Origin: a virus
Direction: 5' to 3' (one strand)
IMG/VR virus record: IMGVR_UViG_3300017716_002841
Location: 32,001-96,000 of that record
Length of the DNA: 64,000 nucleotides
Part shown: positions 39,600-50,042 of the stretch, piece after piece
How the letters are laid out: each line of letters starts with the position of its first letter
Numbering within the stretch: the first letter of the stretch is position 1
Program-made: the position numbers and the translations under genes
Notes under the pieces: generated by a model
What the model saw: the letters and a program-made list of their open reading frames with translations, nothing else
The model's database searches: none
What the model was told of the DNA's origin: nothing

Positions 39600-40352
39600 T
39601 TATAATCTTTTCAACTGTTCAATTAAGACTTTTTGTGTAGCCTTAGTATTTTCAACTAATGCACGTGATTGTAAAACAGTCTTTACATCTTGTATTTCTG
39701 TGTCTGAAAGTGGGTCAGTTGCATTTGTTTTGCTAGTAATATCCAATATAGCTCCGTCCATATCTACTGCGCTTGGGGATAATTTACTCGCATACTGACG
39801 TTCATTAATTCCTAAATCACGCGTTATAATAGTTGAGAGTATAGCTACCGTGATTCTACCTCTTTGCTTATATAACCTAATAATATCATCAAATTTAGGC
39901 TTTGATTGAACTTTACCCTTTTCTCCTTGAATCTGGTTACCTTTATTATCTCTTACATCCATTGTTAAGGCGTTATCTTTTCCACCTCTTGTAACATAAG
40001 CGTAATATGTGGTAGGTGGTACAGTACCACCTACGGGTTTAAACCTTTCTGCGTCGAATTCTACAATTGTTCTATTGCTTTTTGATGGATCCTTAGTTTC
40101 TTTGTTAATTTTTATTGTTTTAGTATTAAAAACTCTTGAATAATTTAACTGTAGTTCTGCCTTCACAAATAATTTAGGTTGATTACCGGTAAAGGCTCTA
40201 CCTATTTGCTTAAATGGTTCGGCGATTCGTCCCAACGGTCTAGTTATTTCAGGTGCTAGTGTTGTTGCCGCTGTTTTAGCAGCTGCGGCAACACCTCTTA
40301 CTATATCGCCGAATGACTCTTTTATAATTTCTTTTTGAGAAAGCTTTCGCAT
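39600..40352 (-). CDS. Hypothetical late protein (possible internal head protein)
   Basis: TATAAATA upstream; IIKE/S possible protease site near the N-terminus. Confidence 0.55.
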   Translation of the reverse strand: MRKLSQKEIIKESFGDIVRGVAAAAKTAATTLAPEITRPLGRIAEPFKQIGRAFTGNQPKLFVKAELQLNYSRVFNTKTIKINKETKDPSKSNRTIVEFDAERFKPVGGTVPPTTYYAYVTRGGKDNALTMDVRDNKGNQIQGEKGKVQSKPKFDDIIRLYKQRGRITVAILSTIITRDLGINERQYASKLSPSAVDMDGAILDITSKTNATDPLSDTEIQDVKTVLQSRALVENTKATQKVLIEQLKRL

Positions 40353-40401
40353 ATTTATATTTATAGTTGATATTATGAATATACGATATTATAATCCGAT
40401 T

Positions 40402-41070
40402 ATGGATGATTCTGAAAATACCGAAATTGGAGATATCGTTAAGCTACCATATGCTAACGGTAATGCTCCCCGTACAGAAAAGGAAAAGCAAGCTATTATT
40501 AAACGAGCTGCTAAGGCTTATGAAAAATACATGGATGCTCTTGGATTTGACTGGAGAAATGATCCTAACTCGGATAATACTCCAATGCGAGTCGCTAAGG
40601 CTTTCGTTAACGATATTGCAACCGGCTGTTATGATAATCAGCCTAATGTCACTGCATTTCCGAATAATGGTTATGACGGTATTGTTGCACAGTGCAATAT
40701 TCCCGTTAAATCACTTTGTTCACATCATCACTTAGCTTTTTCTGGTGTTGCTCATGTAGCGTATATACCGAGCCCAGAAGGTAAGGTTATCGGTCTTAGT
40801 AAGCTTAATCGTATTGTTGAGTTTTACGCAAGACGTCCGCAAATTCAGGAGGGGTTGAGTGTGCAGATTCATGACGCAGTTAACGTCGCTTGTGAAGGTA
40901 ATCTAGGTGTAGCTGTTGTACTCAAAGCTCAACATACATGCGCTTGTAATCGTGGAGTAAGACATGATGGATGCTTTATGATTACATCTAAGCTGTCAGG
41001 TGATTTCCTCGCTGATGAAAAGACACGTACAGAACTTTATAAGTTCATTGATATGGCTTCCAGAAAGTAA
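40402..41070 (+). CDS. folE: GTP cyclohydrolase I
   Basis: [40 protein letters not shown]. Confidence 0.95.
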   Translation: MDDSENTEIGDIVKLPYANGNAPRTEKEKQAIIKRAAKAYEKYMDALGFDWRNDPNSDNTPMRVAKAFVNDIATGCYDNQPNVTAFPNNGYDGIVAQCNIPVKSLCSHHHLAFSGVAHVAYIPSPEGKVIGLSKLNRIVEFYARRPQIQEGLSVQIHDAVNVACEGNLGVAVVLKAQHTCACNRGVRHDGCFMITSKLSGDFLADEKTRTELYKFIDMASRK

Positions 41071-41092
41071 GGAACTTACATATTATAAGGTT

Positions 41093-41659
41093 ATGAATAT
41101 ATTCGTAACTAACGACGATCCCGTGTTAGCAGCACGGGATCTTTGTGATCAGCACGTTAGAAGCAAGATGGTCATAGAATCCGCTATTATGTTAGCTCAT
41201 GCATTTCCGCAAGAACTACTAAATCATCCCTCAACACCTAGAACTCAATCTGGTAAGCCTAGGAAAGCTGGTAAAGGATACGCTAAGCATCAGTGTTCTA
41301 TATGGGCTAGAGAAACTAAATCTAACTTTGAATGGCTTGTAAATCATACTCTCGAAATGTTTACAGAACGTATGTATAGATGGCCTGACTCAAAAGAACA
41401 CTTTACAAAAACGTTTATTGAATGGTGTGGTAATAATGCTCATAATATTACCACAACACGCTTAGAGCTTACACCGTATGCAGTCGCTATTAACACTGAT
41501 TGTAATTGTCGTAAGTTACCAAATTTTGATAATCTTAGTGTTATTGAGCAGTACCGTGCTTATATTATACACGATAAAGAATTTGCTACATGGACAGTTA
41601 GACAGTCTCCTGATTGGTATCATACTGAACATCAATCCGATCACTTGCAATATGATTAG
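41093..41659 (+). CDS. Pyrimidine-dimer DNA glycosylase-like protein
   Basis: MNIFV..P..AA..LCDQHV.KM..ESA.ML, H.C..W, YR.Y..K. Confidence 0.75.
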   Translation: MNIFVTNDDPVLAARDLCDQHVRSKMVIESAIMLAHAFPQELLNHPSTPRTQSGKPRKAGKGYAKHQCSIWARETKSNFEWLVNHTLEMFTERMYRWPDSKEHFTKTFIEWCGNNAHNITTTRLELTPYAVAINTDCNCRKLPNFDNLSVIEQYRAYIIHDKEFATWTVRQSPDWYHTEHQSDHLQYD

Positions 41660-42053
41660 AATTTACATCAATTAAAGCATCTAACTGTTTGATAAAGGAT
41701 TTACCGACGAGAATTTTATATTCATTTTCTGATCGGTTACCAATACTAAAAGGTACATCGTCAAACTCTGTTCCTGCAAACTTAATTCTAAATCTAACAA
41801 CAGGACGCTCTTCAACATGACCGGCGCCTACGTTGATACTTATTGTATCGTCGATATCCTTTATTAAGCGCTTTCCGTTAATAGTTGTAAAGGAAACTTT
41901 TGAACCTTGTCTCGTAAGGTCTTCACCGTGTATCACGTTGTAAGCACCATTACCAGAGTCAATTTTAACTTTGACTCTACCTACACCAGCTATATCCATC
42001 TCTTCGATGAGACCTATAACTGTTTTTTCAAAGAATTTCTTGAAAGTAATCAT
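41598..42053 (-). CDS. RimK-associated putative protease (retropepsin-like fold)
   Basis: VIGLIE, KIDSGNG, ERPVV, NRS, ILVGK. Confidence 0.75.
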   Translation of the reverse strand: MITFKKFFEKTVIGLIEEMDIAGVGRVKVKIDSGNGAYNVIHGEDLTRQGSKVSFTTINGKRLIKDIDDTISINVGAGHVEERPVVRFRIKFAGTEFDDVPFSIGNRSENEYKILVGKSFIKQLDALIDVNSNHIASDRIDVQYDTNQETV

Positions 42054-42499
42054 TGGCATTCGTCACATCCTCCGCATGTACAGCCTTTTTCAGCATACTC
42101 GCAGCTGCAGCTATCTTCATAACCTGCGTTATATCTATCTGAACCCACATTTTCTGATTCTTCATACTCTAGATAGTGATATACATCTGAAATATAACTA
42201 CTAGCTTTTGTTATTTTAGAAGCAACCCAGCCTTCGATGGAGTTCATTTGTGAAACAAGTTCTTGCAATTTTTGAGAGTACTCAGATAGCCTATGTAGCT
42301 CAGCAGCTGCCATACCTGCGACGCTATCATCATCACATTCATGATTACCGTGGTGCTCATGTTCATCTGCAACAGTTGCACCAGGCATATCCATAGTAAC
42401 CATAACAGTCTTACCCAACATACTAGGTGCACCAATCTCACCACCGCTCACTTGTCCATAAGCCTCCGAAAGTAAATTTTGATCACTACGCTTTATCAT
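42050..42499 (-). CDS. Hypothetical late protein
   Basis: WVASKITKA..YISDVYHYLEY block and Cys-rich tail; TAAATA upstream. Confidence 0.6.
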   Translation of the reverse strand: MIKRSDQNLLSEAYGQVSGGEIGAPSMLGKTVMVTMDMPGATVADEHEHHGNHECDDDSVAGMAAAELHRLSEYSQKLQELVSQMNSIEGWVASKITKASSYISDVYHYLEYEESENVGSDRYNAGYEDSCSCEYAEKGCTCGGCDECQ

Positions 42500-42507
42500 A
42501 ACAATAT

Positions 42508-43050
42508 TTATGCTACCCCTAAAAGACTCTTAATTCTTTCTTTATCAGTCTGTGTAATATCTGCAGGTGTAAAGTAATCTATAGCAGCAGGATCTTTAGA
42601 TTCAATCATTTTACGTGCTGTGGTACCGTCAATGCCTCCAGCTTGCATATTAATACTCTTTATAACTACATTAGGGTAGCTTTCAGGGTGCTTAATAAAA
42701 GAATTAAATCTTGAATCCGTTTCTTTGGAGCCTGCACCTACTATAATAGTAGCGTTGGGAAACTCTCGTGTAAGATCATAAGTAGATTGTACAGGAGATA
42801 CTAAACTCTTATTTATTTCCACAGGTTTAGAAAGATAAGGGCTATATATAGACCATATCAAATATGATATATCCTGATCAATATTACCACGTTTATTTTT
42901 ACCTATAAATATTACACCTCTATCCGCAGTTTCTAATAATTCCTGTAATGCTAAAAAGTGTCCCTTTGTTGGAGGTTTAAATCCTCCAGGAAAAACCGCT
43001 ATAGCTTCCGAATTTTCCCGTTTTTCAAAAAATTGTTTAAAGTTAATCAT
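42508..43050 (-). CDS. Cytidylyltransferase-like (HIGH-motif) nucleotidyltransferase
   Basis: VFPGGFKPPTKGH, SPV, GIDGTTARK. Confidence 0.8.
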   Translation of the reverse strand: MINFKQFFEKRENSEAIAVFPGGFKPPTKGHFLALQELLETADRGVIFIGKNKRGNIDQDISYLIWSIYSPYLSKPVEINKSLVSPVQSTYDLTREFPNATIIVGAGSKETDSRFNSFIKHPESYPNVVIKSINMQAGGIDGTTARKMIESKDPAAIDYFTPADITQTDKERIKSLLGVA

Positions 43051-44750
43051 ATTCTACCTTTGTTTTTGTGAAATGTTGGTGATATTACTTTGAAAATAAA
43101 CGGTTTATTGTCAACACCTTGAAGCTTAATTACCAAACCTTCATACTCACCAAGCTTACCTGCCAATTTATTAAGTTCATTAAGAATTTTTAAGTGCATT
43201 CTCCTTTGTAAAGGTAATAATACTCTTACTATATGTTGTCTTAAAGTTTTCTTTTCTTGTTGATCTTCACGTTTTCTTGAAGGGTTGTTTAGGATTTCTA
43301 AATAGTTGGGATTTTGAGATATAAAATTATTTATTTCTGTCTGTGCGAGGTGCATTTCTGTAGATAAATTAATTGGACTGAATACATCTATATCTAGAGG
43401 AAGGAACTTTACGTCTTTTGTAGATAGGTCGACTAAACTTTTTGTTATATTATATTTGATGTCGTCAGGAAGATCAGCACCGTTATAGTCTGTAATATTA
43501 ATTATAGGGAATGTGGACCAAACACCTAATTTATCTCTTTCGTAATTAGTAGCTACAAAATATACAACGTTAGGATTATCTTCACGTGTAAGAGCAAACG
43601 GAGAATAAAGCCATTCTGCCTGTACTCTTATACCGTCTAAATTTAAATCCTTTTTATATCTACCCAGCGTCTTTGTTACAATATTTTTTATTTTATTAAA
43701 GTTACTTTCAAATGCATCTTGTGTAGGAGGATGTTTAATTTTACCTGTAAAGTTGCCGTCTGTTACTGGACCGGAGTAGCTACCCTGTAAGAAGAATTTA
43801 TTTTCTGGTGTAATACCGAACTTTACACTTAACCCGTCTGCTTTTTCTGAAACACTTGAATTACCTGGTTGAATTATACCTTGTGTCTCATCTAGTACAT
43901 CAATAAAGTTAACAAAATTTTCAAAACTCATTGAGTATTGATCTGATTTGTATTCTGAATATAAGTGTTGAACTCCTACTCTTGTACCTTCTGCTGTTGT
44001 ACTTTCAGTTAGTTTTTGCTGGGGTAGAAATATAGCTATATCTAAATTATCTCTTAATATAGTTGCTCTTGCATCAGCCAGTATACCTAAAACAATATTA
44101 GTATCATTATATTTTTTATATAAAAATGATATAATATTAGGAATTGTTTTAAGGTTGCGTTCTTTAGCATTTTTATCACCGAGTAGAATTTGAGCCACTC
44201 TATTAGGATCAACTCCTTCAACTACAGCCCCTGTTACTCTATCTGTAATACCTGTAACACCGCTCCACCTACAGTTAATATTTTTAGCAAGATTTGATAG
44301 CATTATTGCTCTATGCATACCCTTAAAGGGAGATACCTCATCATTAGCTAAAACAAATTGAGCAAATTTTACATCAGGTACAAACATAAAGTCTGTCTGT
44401 ACAAACTCTTCATCGCGGCCGATAATGGGCGCTCTAAAATGAACGCTTATACCTGAACGGGAGATATACTCTTTTGGATTTAAGTTGCGTTCTTCGCACC
44501 AATTTTTTAATATAGATGTTAATTCATCTTTTGTATATTTTTTATTATTAATAGCTATATCTAAATCTCCCGATGACTCCCTTTTACCTGTACTACCTAA
44601 CAAACACCTATTAAGATTAATACCAACAATATTTGAGAGCATATCAATAGTCGGTTTAATATTGGCTAATTGAATACGTGAGGTGGGTAATTGCTTAAAC
44701 ACTTTTCCTCCCTCTACAATGACATGGTAATAATGTTTAAAATCTATCAT
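43047..44750 (-). CDS. Fusion: Pol-beta-like nucleotidyltransferase plus ATP-dependent ligase-like domain
   Basis: LGSTGKRESSGDLDIA and VQTDFM (NTase); SEKADG, QAEWLY, EGLVIK, FKVIS (ligase-like motifs I, III, IV, V). Confidence 0.65.
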   Translation of the reverse strand: MIDFKHYYHVIVEGGKVFKQLPTSRIQLANIKPTIDMLSNIVGINLNRCLLGSTGKRESSGDLDIAINNKKYTKDELTSILKNWCEERNLNPKEYISRSGISVHFRAPIIGRDEEFVQTDFMFVPDVKFAQFVLANDEVSPFKGMHRAIMLSNLAKNINCRWSGVTGITDRVTGAVVEGVDPNRVAQILLGDKNAKERNLKTIPNIISFLYKKYNDTNIVLGILADARATILRDNLDIAIFLPQQKLTESTTAEGTRVGVQHLYSEYKSDQYSMSFENFVNFIDVLDETQGIIQPGNSSVSEKADGLSVKFGITPENKFFLQGSYSGPVTDGNFTGKIKHPPTQDAFESNFNKIKNIVTKTLGRYKKDLNLDGIRVQAEWLYSPFALTREDNPNVVYFVATNYERDKLGVWSTFPIINITDYNGADLPDDIKYNITKSLVDLSTKDVKFLPLDIDVFSPINLSTEMHLAQTEINNFISQNPNYLEILNNPSRKREDQQEKKTLRQHIVRVLLPLQRRMHLKILNELNKLAGKLGEYEGLVIKLQGVDNKPFIFKVISPTFHKNKGRI

Positions 44751-45850
44751 AATAAGTTTTCTATATCTGCTCGCGAACTTTTTATAGCCGCTATGTTAGC
44801 TTTATTTAATTTAATATCCTGTGTATTGCTAGAGATCTTACCTATGGGTGTAATCATAGATCTTAAATCCTTAATTCCATGATTACCACCTCGTGAGCCG
44901 CTATAGCGTGCATATAATACAGGCTCATACGGACCGATCGGTAGATCACCATTATATACGATATGACTAGCTGTTAGTTTATATTCATCACCATCCGGTA
45001 CTATCTCGACTCTACCCTGTAAGAGAACATTTACATTGTTATTACCGTATTCCTTACCATAATCCATACCGAAGACGGATAATTTTTTTAGTTCACCATC
45101 TTCTATTTTTAAATAATTAGAAGACCCAGGTGGCATACGATCTGGATACTTCTGTTTTAGCATTTGTACAAAGTTCTTTACTTCAGGGTGCTCGCAAATC
45201 TCTTTTCCCGACGTACAAGCTGTACCACCATATTGTTGATGATGTCTAGCTTTTGTACCTGCTTTATGAGATATAAACAATACGTTTTTACCTTTAAAAG
45301 TAAAATTAAAATCACTTTTTGGTGTTCCAGGAGTAGACTTTACTCCGTCAACTTTTTGATGATATCCATTTATATTAATAGTAATATAATCTACATCATT
45401 TTCAATAAGCAGAGCTTTTATTTGATCTTTTAGATCCTCTAGAACAATATCCTCATCTACTGTACCAAAGCCCTTGCCCTTACCTAGAACAACAGAATAT
45501 TTATTTCCGTTAATATCCTGCACTATATATGTGCGCAGTTGACCGGATGTAGAGCCTTCTTCACCAGGTAGAGATACTTTAATAACTTCTAGTTCAGCTT
45601 GCTGTAGTGTCTCAGGAAATTTTTTCGGATCGTATTCGCCTATAGGCTGTATACGTACATCCTTACCACATGTACCTGGTGATAGGTGTATATCTTTGGA
45701 AGATATTATTGTTGCAAGTTCCTTTTTACTGTATTTCTTAGTACTATCATCTGCCTCTTTTAGAACACGTACAATAAACCTATCCGGTCCAATAAGACCG
45801 ATAGTAGATACTCTGTTGCTATATATATTTGATAGTTGCTTATTATGCAT
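44747..45850 (-). CDS. Putative PD-(D/E)XK-like nuclease
   Basis: GTPKSDF..ISHK..QQYGG resembles a restriction-endonuclease core. Confidence 0.5.
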   Translation of the reverse strand: MHNKQLSNIYSNRVSTIGLIGPDRFIVRVLKEADDSTKKYSKKELATIISSKDIHLSPGTCGKDVRIQPIGEYDPKKFPETLQQAELEVIKVSLPGEEGSTSGQLRTYIVQDINGNKYSVVLGKGKGFGTVDEDIVLEDLKDQIKALLIENDVDYITININGYHQKVDGVKSTPGTPKSDFNFTFKGKNVLFISHKAGTKARHHQQYGGTACTSGKEICEHPEVKNFVQMLKQKYPDRMPPGSSNYLKIEDGELKKLSVFGMDYGKEYGNNNVNVLLQGRVEIVPDGDEYKLTASHIVYNGDLPIGPYEPVLYARYSGSRGGNHGIKDLRSMITPIGKISSNTQDIKLNKANIAAIKSSRADIENLL

Positions 45851-45853
45851 ATA

Positions 45854-46558
45854 CTAAAATAGTGATTCTTCACTTTTATCTCCTAAGACATCTTCTAGAT
45901 CTTTATTTGAAGATTGGCTTAACAGATCTTTAATTACAGTAACGATCTTTTCAGGGTCTACATCAGCAAATTCTCTGACAGCAGGTTTTAATATCATGGA
46001 TTCTTCTTCTGTAGGCACATGTCCTAATGCTTTAACTATTAATTCCTTATAAAGCGAATCAAATATCTCAACTAAGTTTAAATTATTTATACTTGGCTCG
46101 CTTACAGCTACCTCATCGGTAGCATTCTTTGGCTGGCTATCTACTGTTTGAGGTTCTGTAGCATCTACAGGCTGTTCTAATAAGAATATATACTTATTAA
46201 TAGCATTTAACGTCTTAGATTCTGTTATTTTTAATCCCGACATTAAACCTATTAGCTTGATAATTCTTTCGAGTAACTCAGGCACTGGAATATTAACAGT
46301 GTTTTTTATACTGTTAATTTCTGTATTAATATACTCTCGCTTTGACCCTGAGAACTTCTCTGGATTGAATAAAAATGCATTTGTGAGAATTTTAATTACA
46401 AATTTTTCATTCGAGCTAATCGGCTTAACAGTCGGTTCAGGTAGAGCTTGTACTTCAGGTTCCGGTTCAGTTGATACAGCCGTAGGATCCATAGGATCTA
46501 CCTCTTGTTCATTAAGTATTCTATAGTATTTTTTAAATAGTGTATCGACTTTATTCAT
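45854..46558 (-). CDS. Hypothetical acidic protein with internal repeat
   Basis: Two similar halves (ILNEQ..EP..KILTNAF and LLEQ..EP..LIVKAL). Confidence 0.55.
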   Translation of the reverse strand: MNKVDTLFKKYYRILNEQEVDPMDPTAVSTEPEPEVQALPEPTVKPISSNEKFVIKILTNAFLFNPEKFSGSKREYINTEINSIKNTVNIPVPELLERIIKLIGLMSGLKITESKTLNAINKYIFLLEQPVDATEPQTVDSQPKNATDEVAVSEPSINNLNLVEIFDSLYKELIVKALGHVPTEEESMILKPAVREFADVDPEKIVTVIKDLLSQSSNKDLEDVLGDKSEESLF

Positions 46559-46989
46559 TAATATGCCTTTGGTTGTATGTTAGAGGATTGCTTAGCAATC
46601 CTCGAAGCGGTTGCTAGTTGTTTAGTCAAGTCCTTATATACACCGACAGCACCTCTTACTGTCTTAATGCGATCTGTTTGAGCTGGTAATGCTATCGGAT
46701 CTTTTTTAGCTGCTAGCATATCTACATTTCTATCAACAGTGTTAGCTGCTGCTAAAGCAGGATCCTCAGCATCTTCTGATTTAATATCACTAGTATATAC
46801 ACTTTTTACCTCTAAAACTATATGATTGTTACCAATTTTAATTTTAAGTTCCTTTGGTCTGTGAAGTGATTCTACTTCTATCTGACTAACAGTGCTAAGT
46901 AGTTCTACTAATTTATCAACCATATTACTCTCAATACTAGCCTGCTCAGAGGGTAAGTTATTTTCTACAATACTCAAAAACTTGGACAT
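46558..46989 (-). CDS. Hypothetical late protein
   Basis: TAAATA upstream; 143-aa ORF. Confidence 0.55.
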   Translation of the reverse strand: MSKFLSIVENNLPSEQASIESNMVDKLVELLSTVSQIEVESLHRPKELKIKIGNNHIVLEVKSVYTSDIKSEDAEDPALAAANTVDRNVDMLAAKKDPIALPAQTDRIKTVRGAVGVYKDLTKQLATASRIAKQSSNIQPKAY

Positions 46990-46997
46990 ATGTATAT

Positions 46998-47534
46998 TTA
47001 TCTAACAACAAGTAATTTGTTGGATGATTGCTTGAAGTACACATCATAAAGATAGACTAAATCGTATGATTTAAGAAACTTAAATAGCGATTTAAAAGAA
47101 AATCTCGTAACATCAAAGTTTTTACTATAAAATAACTGTGTTTCGAGCTCTACCACCGCCTCAGCAACATTATTATGTATCTCATCAAGGAAAAGATCAA
47201 CTGTCGTGTTATTAGTTATAAATTGAAAAGGCAATTTTTTTAAAGACTTAAAGATTAATGCAAGTAGAACATCGCTTTCATCTCGTGGTATCATAAAAGT
47301 ATTGCGATTAACATAAATTGCAATAGATTCACAACCGGATAACGTTTTGATTTTATCACATAAGGTAACAATTAAGGCGTTAATGAATATCTTTTGTGTA
47401 TCCTTATATTTAAAATCGTTACGTATATTATATAAATTAATATCAGCATTATACTTACGAAAGGTGTGTTGTAAAATATAATCAAAGTTTAACAACTTAA
47501 TGTTATACCGTGGAATTTTGCAATCTATAATCAT
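46998..47534 (-). CDS. Hypothetical protein
   Basis: Probable ATG at 47534, overlapping the end of the preceding gene. Confidence 0.5.
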   Translation of the reverse strand: MIIDCKIPRYNIKLLNFDYILQHTFRKYNADINLYNIRNDFKYKDTQKIFINALIVTLCDKIKTLSGCESIAIYVNRNTFMIPRDESDVLLALIFKSLKKLPFQFITNNTTVDLFLDEIHNNVAEAVVELETQLFYSKNFDVTRFSFKSLFKFLKSYDLVYLYDVYFKQSSNKLLVVR

Positions 47535-47937
47535 TTCCGTTTTTTGGTCTGCTAATTCGTAAGTTAATAATCCCGTTGTAATAGTCATCTCTAAACAAAA
47601 CTTCCTCTTCAAATTGAAGTTTAGTCTCAAAGTATGATAATTCAAATTTTGATTTACAGAAGCGTAAAATCTCAAATTTAAAATTGTCTTTTCCGTATGT
47701 AATTATATCTTCATTAAGCTCTCGTGATGAAGATGTGTATGTTTTCCAATCTGTTTCACGTTCTTCGTGTCTTTTATTACGTTTGCCTTTTAATGGCTTA
47801 CGTTTAAAAATAGTCTTACATTGCTTTTTACCAATATACGACTTTAAGTTGGTAAGGCATGTAATTTTATATATAAAACCATACGGTATATTACCGTCTG
47901 TTGTATTTACAAGGGTGATCCAGTGACCTAAGTCCAT
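47503..47937 (-). CDS. GIY-YIG-like nuclease (short, Seg-like)
   Basis: YGFIYKIT..SYIGKK, WKTYTSS, FKFEIL, YYNG. Confidence 0.8.
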   Translation of the reverse strand: MDLGHWITLVNTTDGNIPYGFIYKITCLTNLKSYIGKKQCKTIFKRKPLKGKRNKRHEERETDWKTYTSSSRELNEDIITYGKDNFKFEILRFCKSKFELSYFETKLQFEEEVLFRDDYYNGIINLRISRPKNGNDYRLQNSTV

Positions 47938-48173
47938 TATTTCTTACTCTTACGTTTCGTCTTACGCTTAATTTTGCGTTTACGTTGCAAAATACCCGAT
48001 CTTGTTCGTATATACTTGTCAGGTGTAGCTATTCTAGCGTCGCCAGGAGCATAAAAATCACTACTTGTAGGGTTATTCGGACTAAATCCCTCAGCACTAC
48101 CTCCCAAAACACCAGCTGAATCCATTTCAACTAATCTTTGATAAATTTCTTCAATAGTTACAGTTGATTTCAT
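47937..48173 (-). CDS. Small basic late protein
   Basis: DFYAPGDAR motif and Lys/Arg tail; TATAAATA at 48183-48190. Confidence 0.55.
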   Translation of the reverse strand: MKSTVTIEEIYQRLVEMDSAGVLGGSAEGFSPNNPTSSDFYAPGDARIATPDKYIRTRSGILQRKRKIKRKTKRKSKK

Positions 48174-48198
48174 ATATAAAAGTATTTATAATAACTTT

Positions 48199-48594
48199 GT
48201 GGATTTGATAGAGCGATACAGAGAAGAGATTGTAAAAGATCTTGTAATAAATGATTTCAATATTAAAGATATTCAGTTAAAATTGCCGTCTCGTAAGCAT
48301 TACTGGGCAGCTAGATTGATTGATGCTAAGATTGCACATTATAAACTAATTAAGCGTAAGAAATCTCTTAAAGAATCTATTGCTAAACGTATTATTAATG
48401 AAGCTCCTGTAAGAGTAACACAACAAACAGCTGAAATAGCAGCTGAATCCTCTGAAGAACTGCAAAATATTACTAACGAGCTGAGAGATTATGAGTTTGT
48501 CATAGAATATCTTGAAAAAGTTGAAAAAATTATGAGTGGAATGGGGTTTGACATCAAAAACATTATCGAAATTCAAAAAATGGAACAACTATGA
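48199..48594 (+). CDS. uvsY: Recombination mediator, UvsY-like
   Basis: Helical; C-terminal EYLEKVEKI..GFDIKNIIE; directly upstream of uvsW. Confidence 0.75.
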   Translation: MDLIERYREEIVKDLVINDFNIKDIQLKLPSRKHYWAARLIDAKIAHYKLIKRKKSLKESIAKRIINEAPVRVTQQTAEIAAESSEELQNITNELRDYEFVIEYLEKVEKIMSGMGFDIKNIIEIQKMEQL

Positions 48595-50042
48595 TCGAAT
48601 TAGACTATAATAGATCAACAAATAAGCTCTTAATACGTAGTGATGACAGTTTTACTTTTGATAATTTACGTGAGCATTTTAGTACTGAAAATAAAAACGC
48701 GTCTTTCATGCAACGAAAGTTTAAAACTCGTAATGTTAAAATTCCGACGAGAAAATATGTAATTACCCCAACTGGTACGTGTGATATAGGATTATATTGG
48801 GAGATTAGAAAATATTTTATTGAAAATCAAATTATTTTAAACGTATCTACATCTGATGCCCTTAATAAAGCGCTAACCATTGGTGTAGATAGTGAGACAT
48901 ATACTAATTTTAACTTAGATTTAAGAGATTATCAGACTGATGTACTAAACAAAGCGTTAAAATTAGGTTGGGGTACATGTGTTCTTGGGACAGGTGCCGG
49001 TAAAACGCTAACAACAGCAGCTCTTATTGAAAATTACTATCGTAATAGTAATAACAAGAGTACATTTAAATGTATTATGCTTGTACCCGATCTAGGACTA
49101 GTAACACAAACATATAATGAGTTTATTGCATGTGGTATTTCTTACAGTTTGACAATGTGGACCGGCTCTACTAAGCCAGATCTTACTGCTAATGTTATTA
49201 TTTGCAATATTGGTATATTACAAGCTCGATTTACTGAATCTGAATGGGTAAAATATATTGATTTACTCGTAATAGATGAATGTCACAAGATAAAATCAGA
49301 TAATAAAATTAGTAAAGTTATTTCAAAAATTAAAACTAGACACCGATACGGTTTTACTGGTACACTTCCAGATAATAATGAAGATAAATGGTTTATTATT
49401 GGTAGGCTAGGTCCCGTATTATATGAAAAAACAAGTGCAGAACTACGTAATGAAAGCTTTTTAACAAATGTTGAGGTTAAAATACTTAATATTAACCACG
49501 GAAACGTGCAAATTCCGCGTCTATCTGATAGTGCTTATAGAAATGAGCTTGATTTTATATACGAAAGTGTAAAGAGAAACGAATTAATAGTAAAATTATG
49601 CTTTAAACTAGTAAATAACACACTAATTCTTGTTAATCATATTAAACACGGTGAGATTCTATACGATCTACTCGCTAGAACATGTAAGAACAAGCAAATA
49701 TACTTTATTCGTGGTGAAATTGAGGTTGAAGAACGTGAAAACATTAAAAAAATCATGGAAAGTGATAATAATGTAGTGTGTATTGCTATTAGTGCCATAT
49801 TTTCCACAGGAGTTAACATAAAAAACCTTCACAACATTGTTTTTGCGGCAGGAGGTAAGTCTTTTATACGGACCGTACAGTCAATTGGTCGCGGACTACG
49901 ATTACACGCTAATAAAACACGGCTAATCATTATAGATCTTTGTGATCTTTTACATTACGGTGAAAAACACTGTAATAAACGTATTGAAATATATAAAAAA
50001 GAAAAAATAGGTTATTCTATAAAAAATATAGATATATGTTGA
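48591..50042 (+). CDS. uvsW: UvsW-like SF2 helicase
   Basis: LRDYQ, GTGAGKT, DECH, GFTGT, FSTGVNIKNL, QSIGRGLR. Confidence 0.93.
   Translation: MIELDYNRSTNKLLIRSDDSFTFDNLREHFSTENKNASFMQRKFKTRNVKIPTRKYVITPTGTCDIGLYWEIRKYFIENQIILNVSTSDALNKALTIGVDSETYTNFNLDLRDYQTDVLNKALKLGWGTCVLGTGAGKTLTTAALIENYYRNSNNKSTFKCIMLVPDLGLVTQTYNEFIACGISYSLTMWTGSTKPDLTANVIICNIGILQARFTESEWVKYIDLLVIDECHKIKSDNKISKVISKIKTRHRYGFTGTLPDNNEDKWFIIGRLGPVLYEKTSAELRNESFLTNVEVKILNINHGNVQIPRLSDSAYRNELDFIYESVKRNELIVKLCFKLVNNTLILVNHIKHGEILYDLLARTCKNKQIYFIRGEIEVEERENIKKIMESDNNVVCIAISAIFSTGVNIKNLHNIVFAAGGKSFIRTVQSIGRGLRLHANKTRLIIIDLCDLLHYGEKHCNKRIEIYKKEKIGYSIKNIDIC

Noticed and set aside
40402-41070. folE as a folate auxiliary metabolic gene
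   Set aside because: Its proximity to queD/queE makes deazaguanine synthesis the more parsimonious role.
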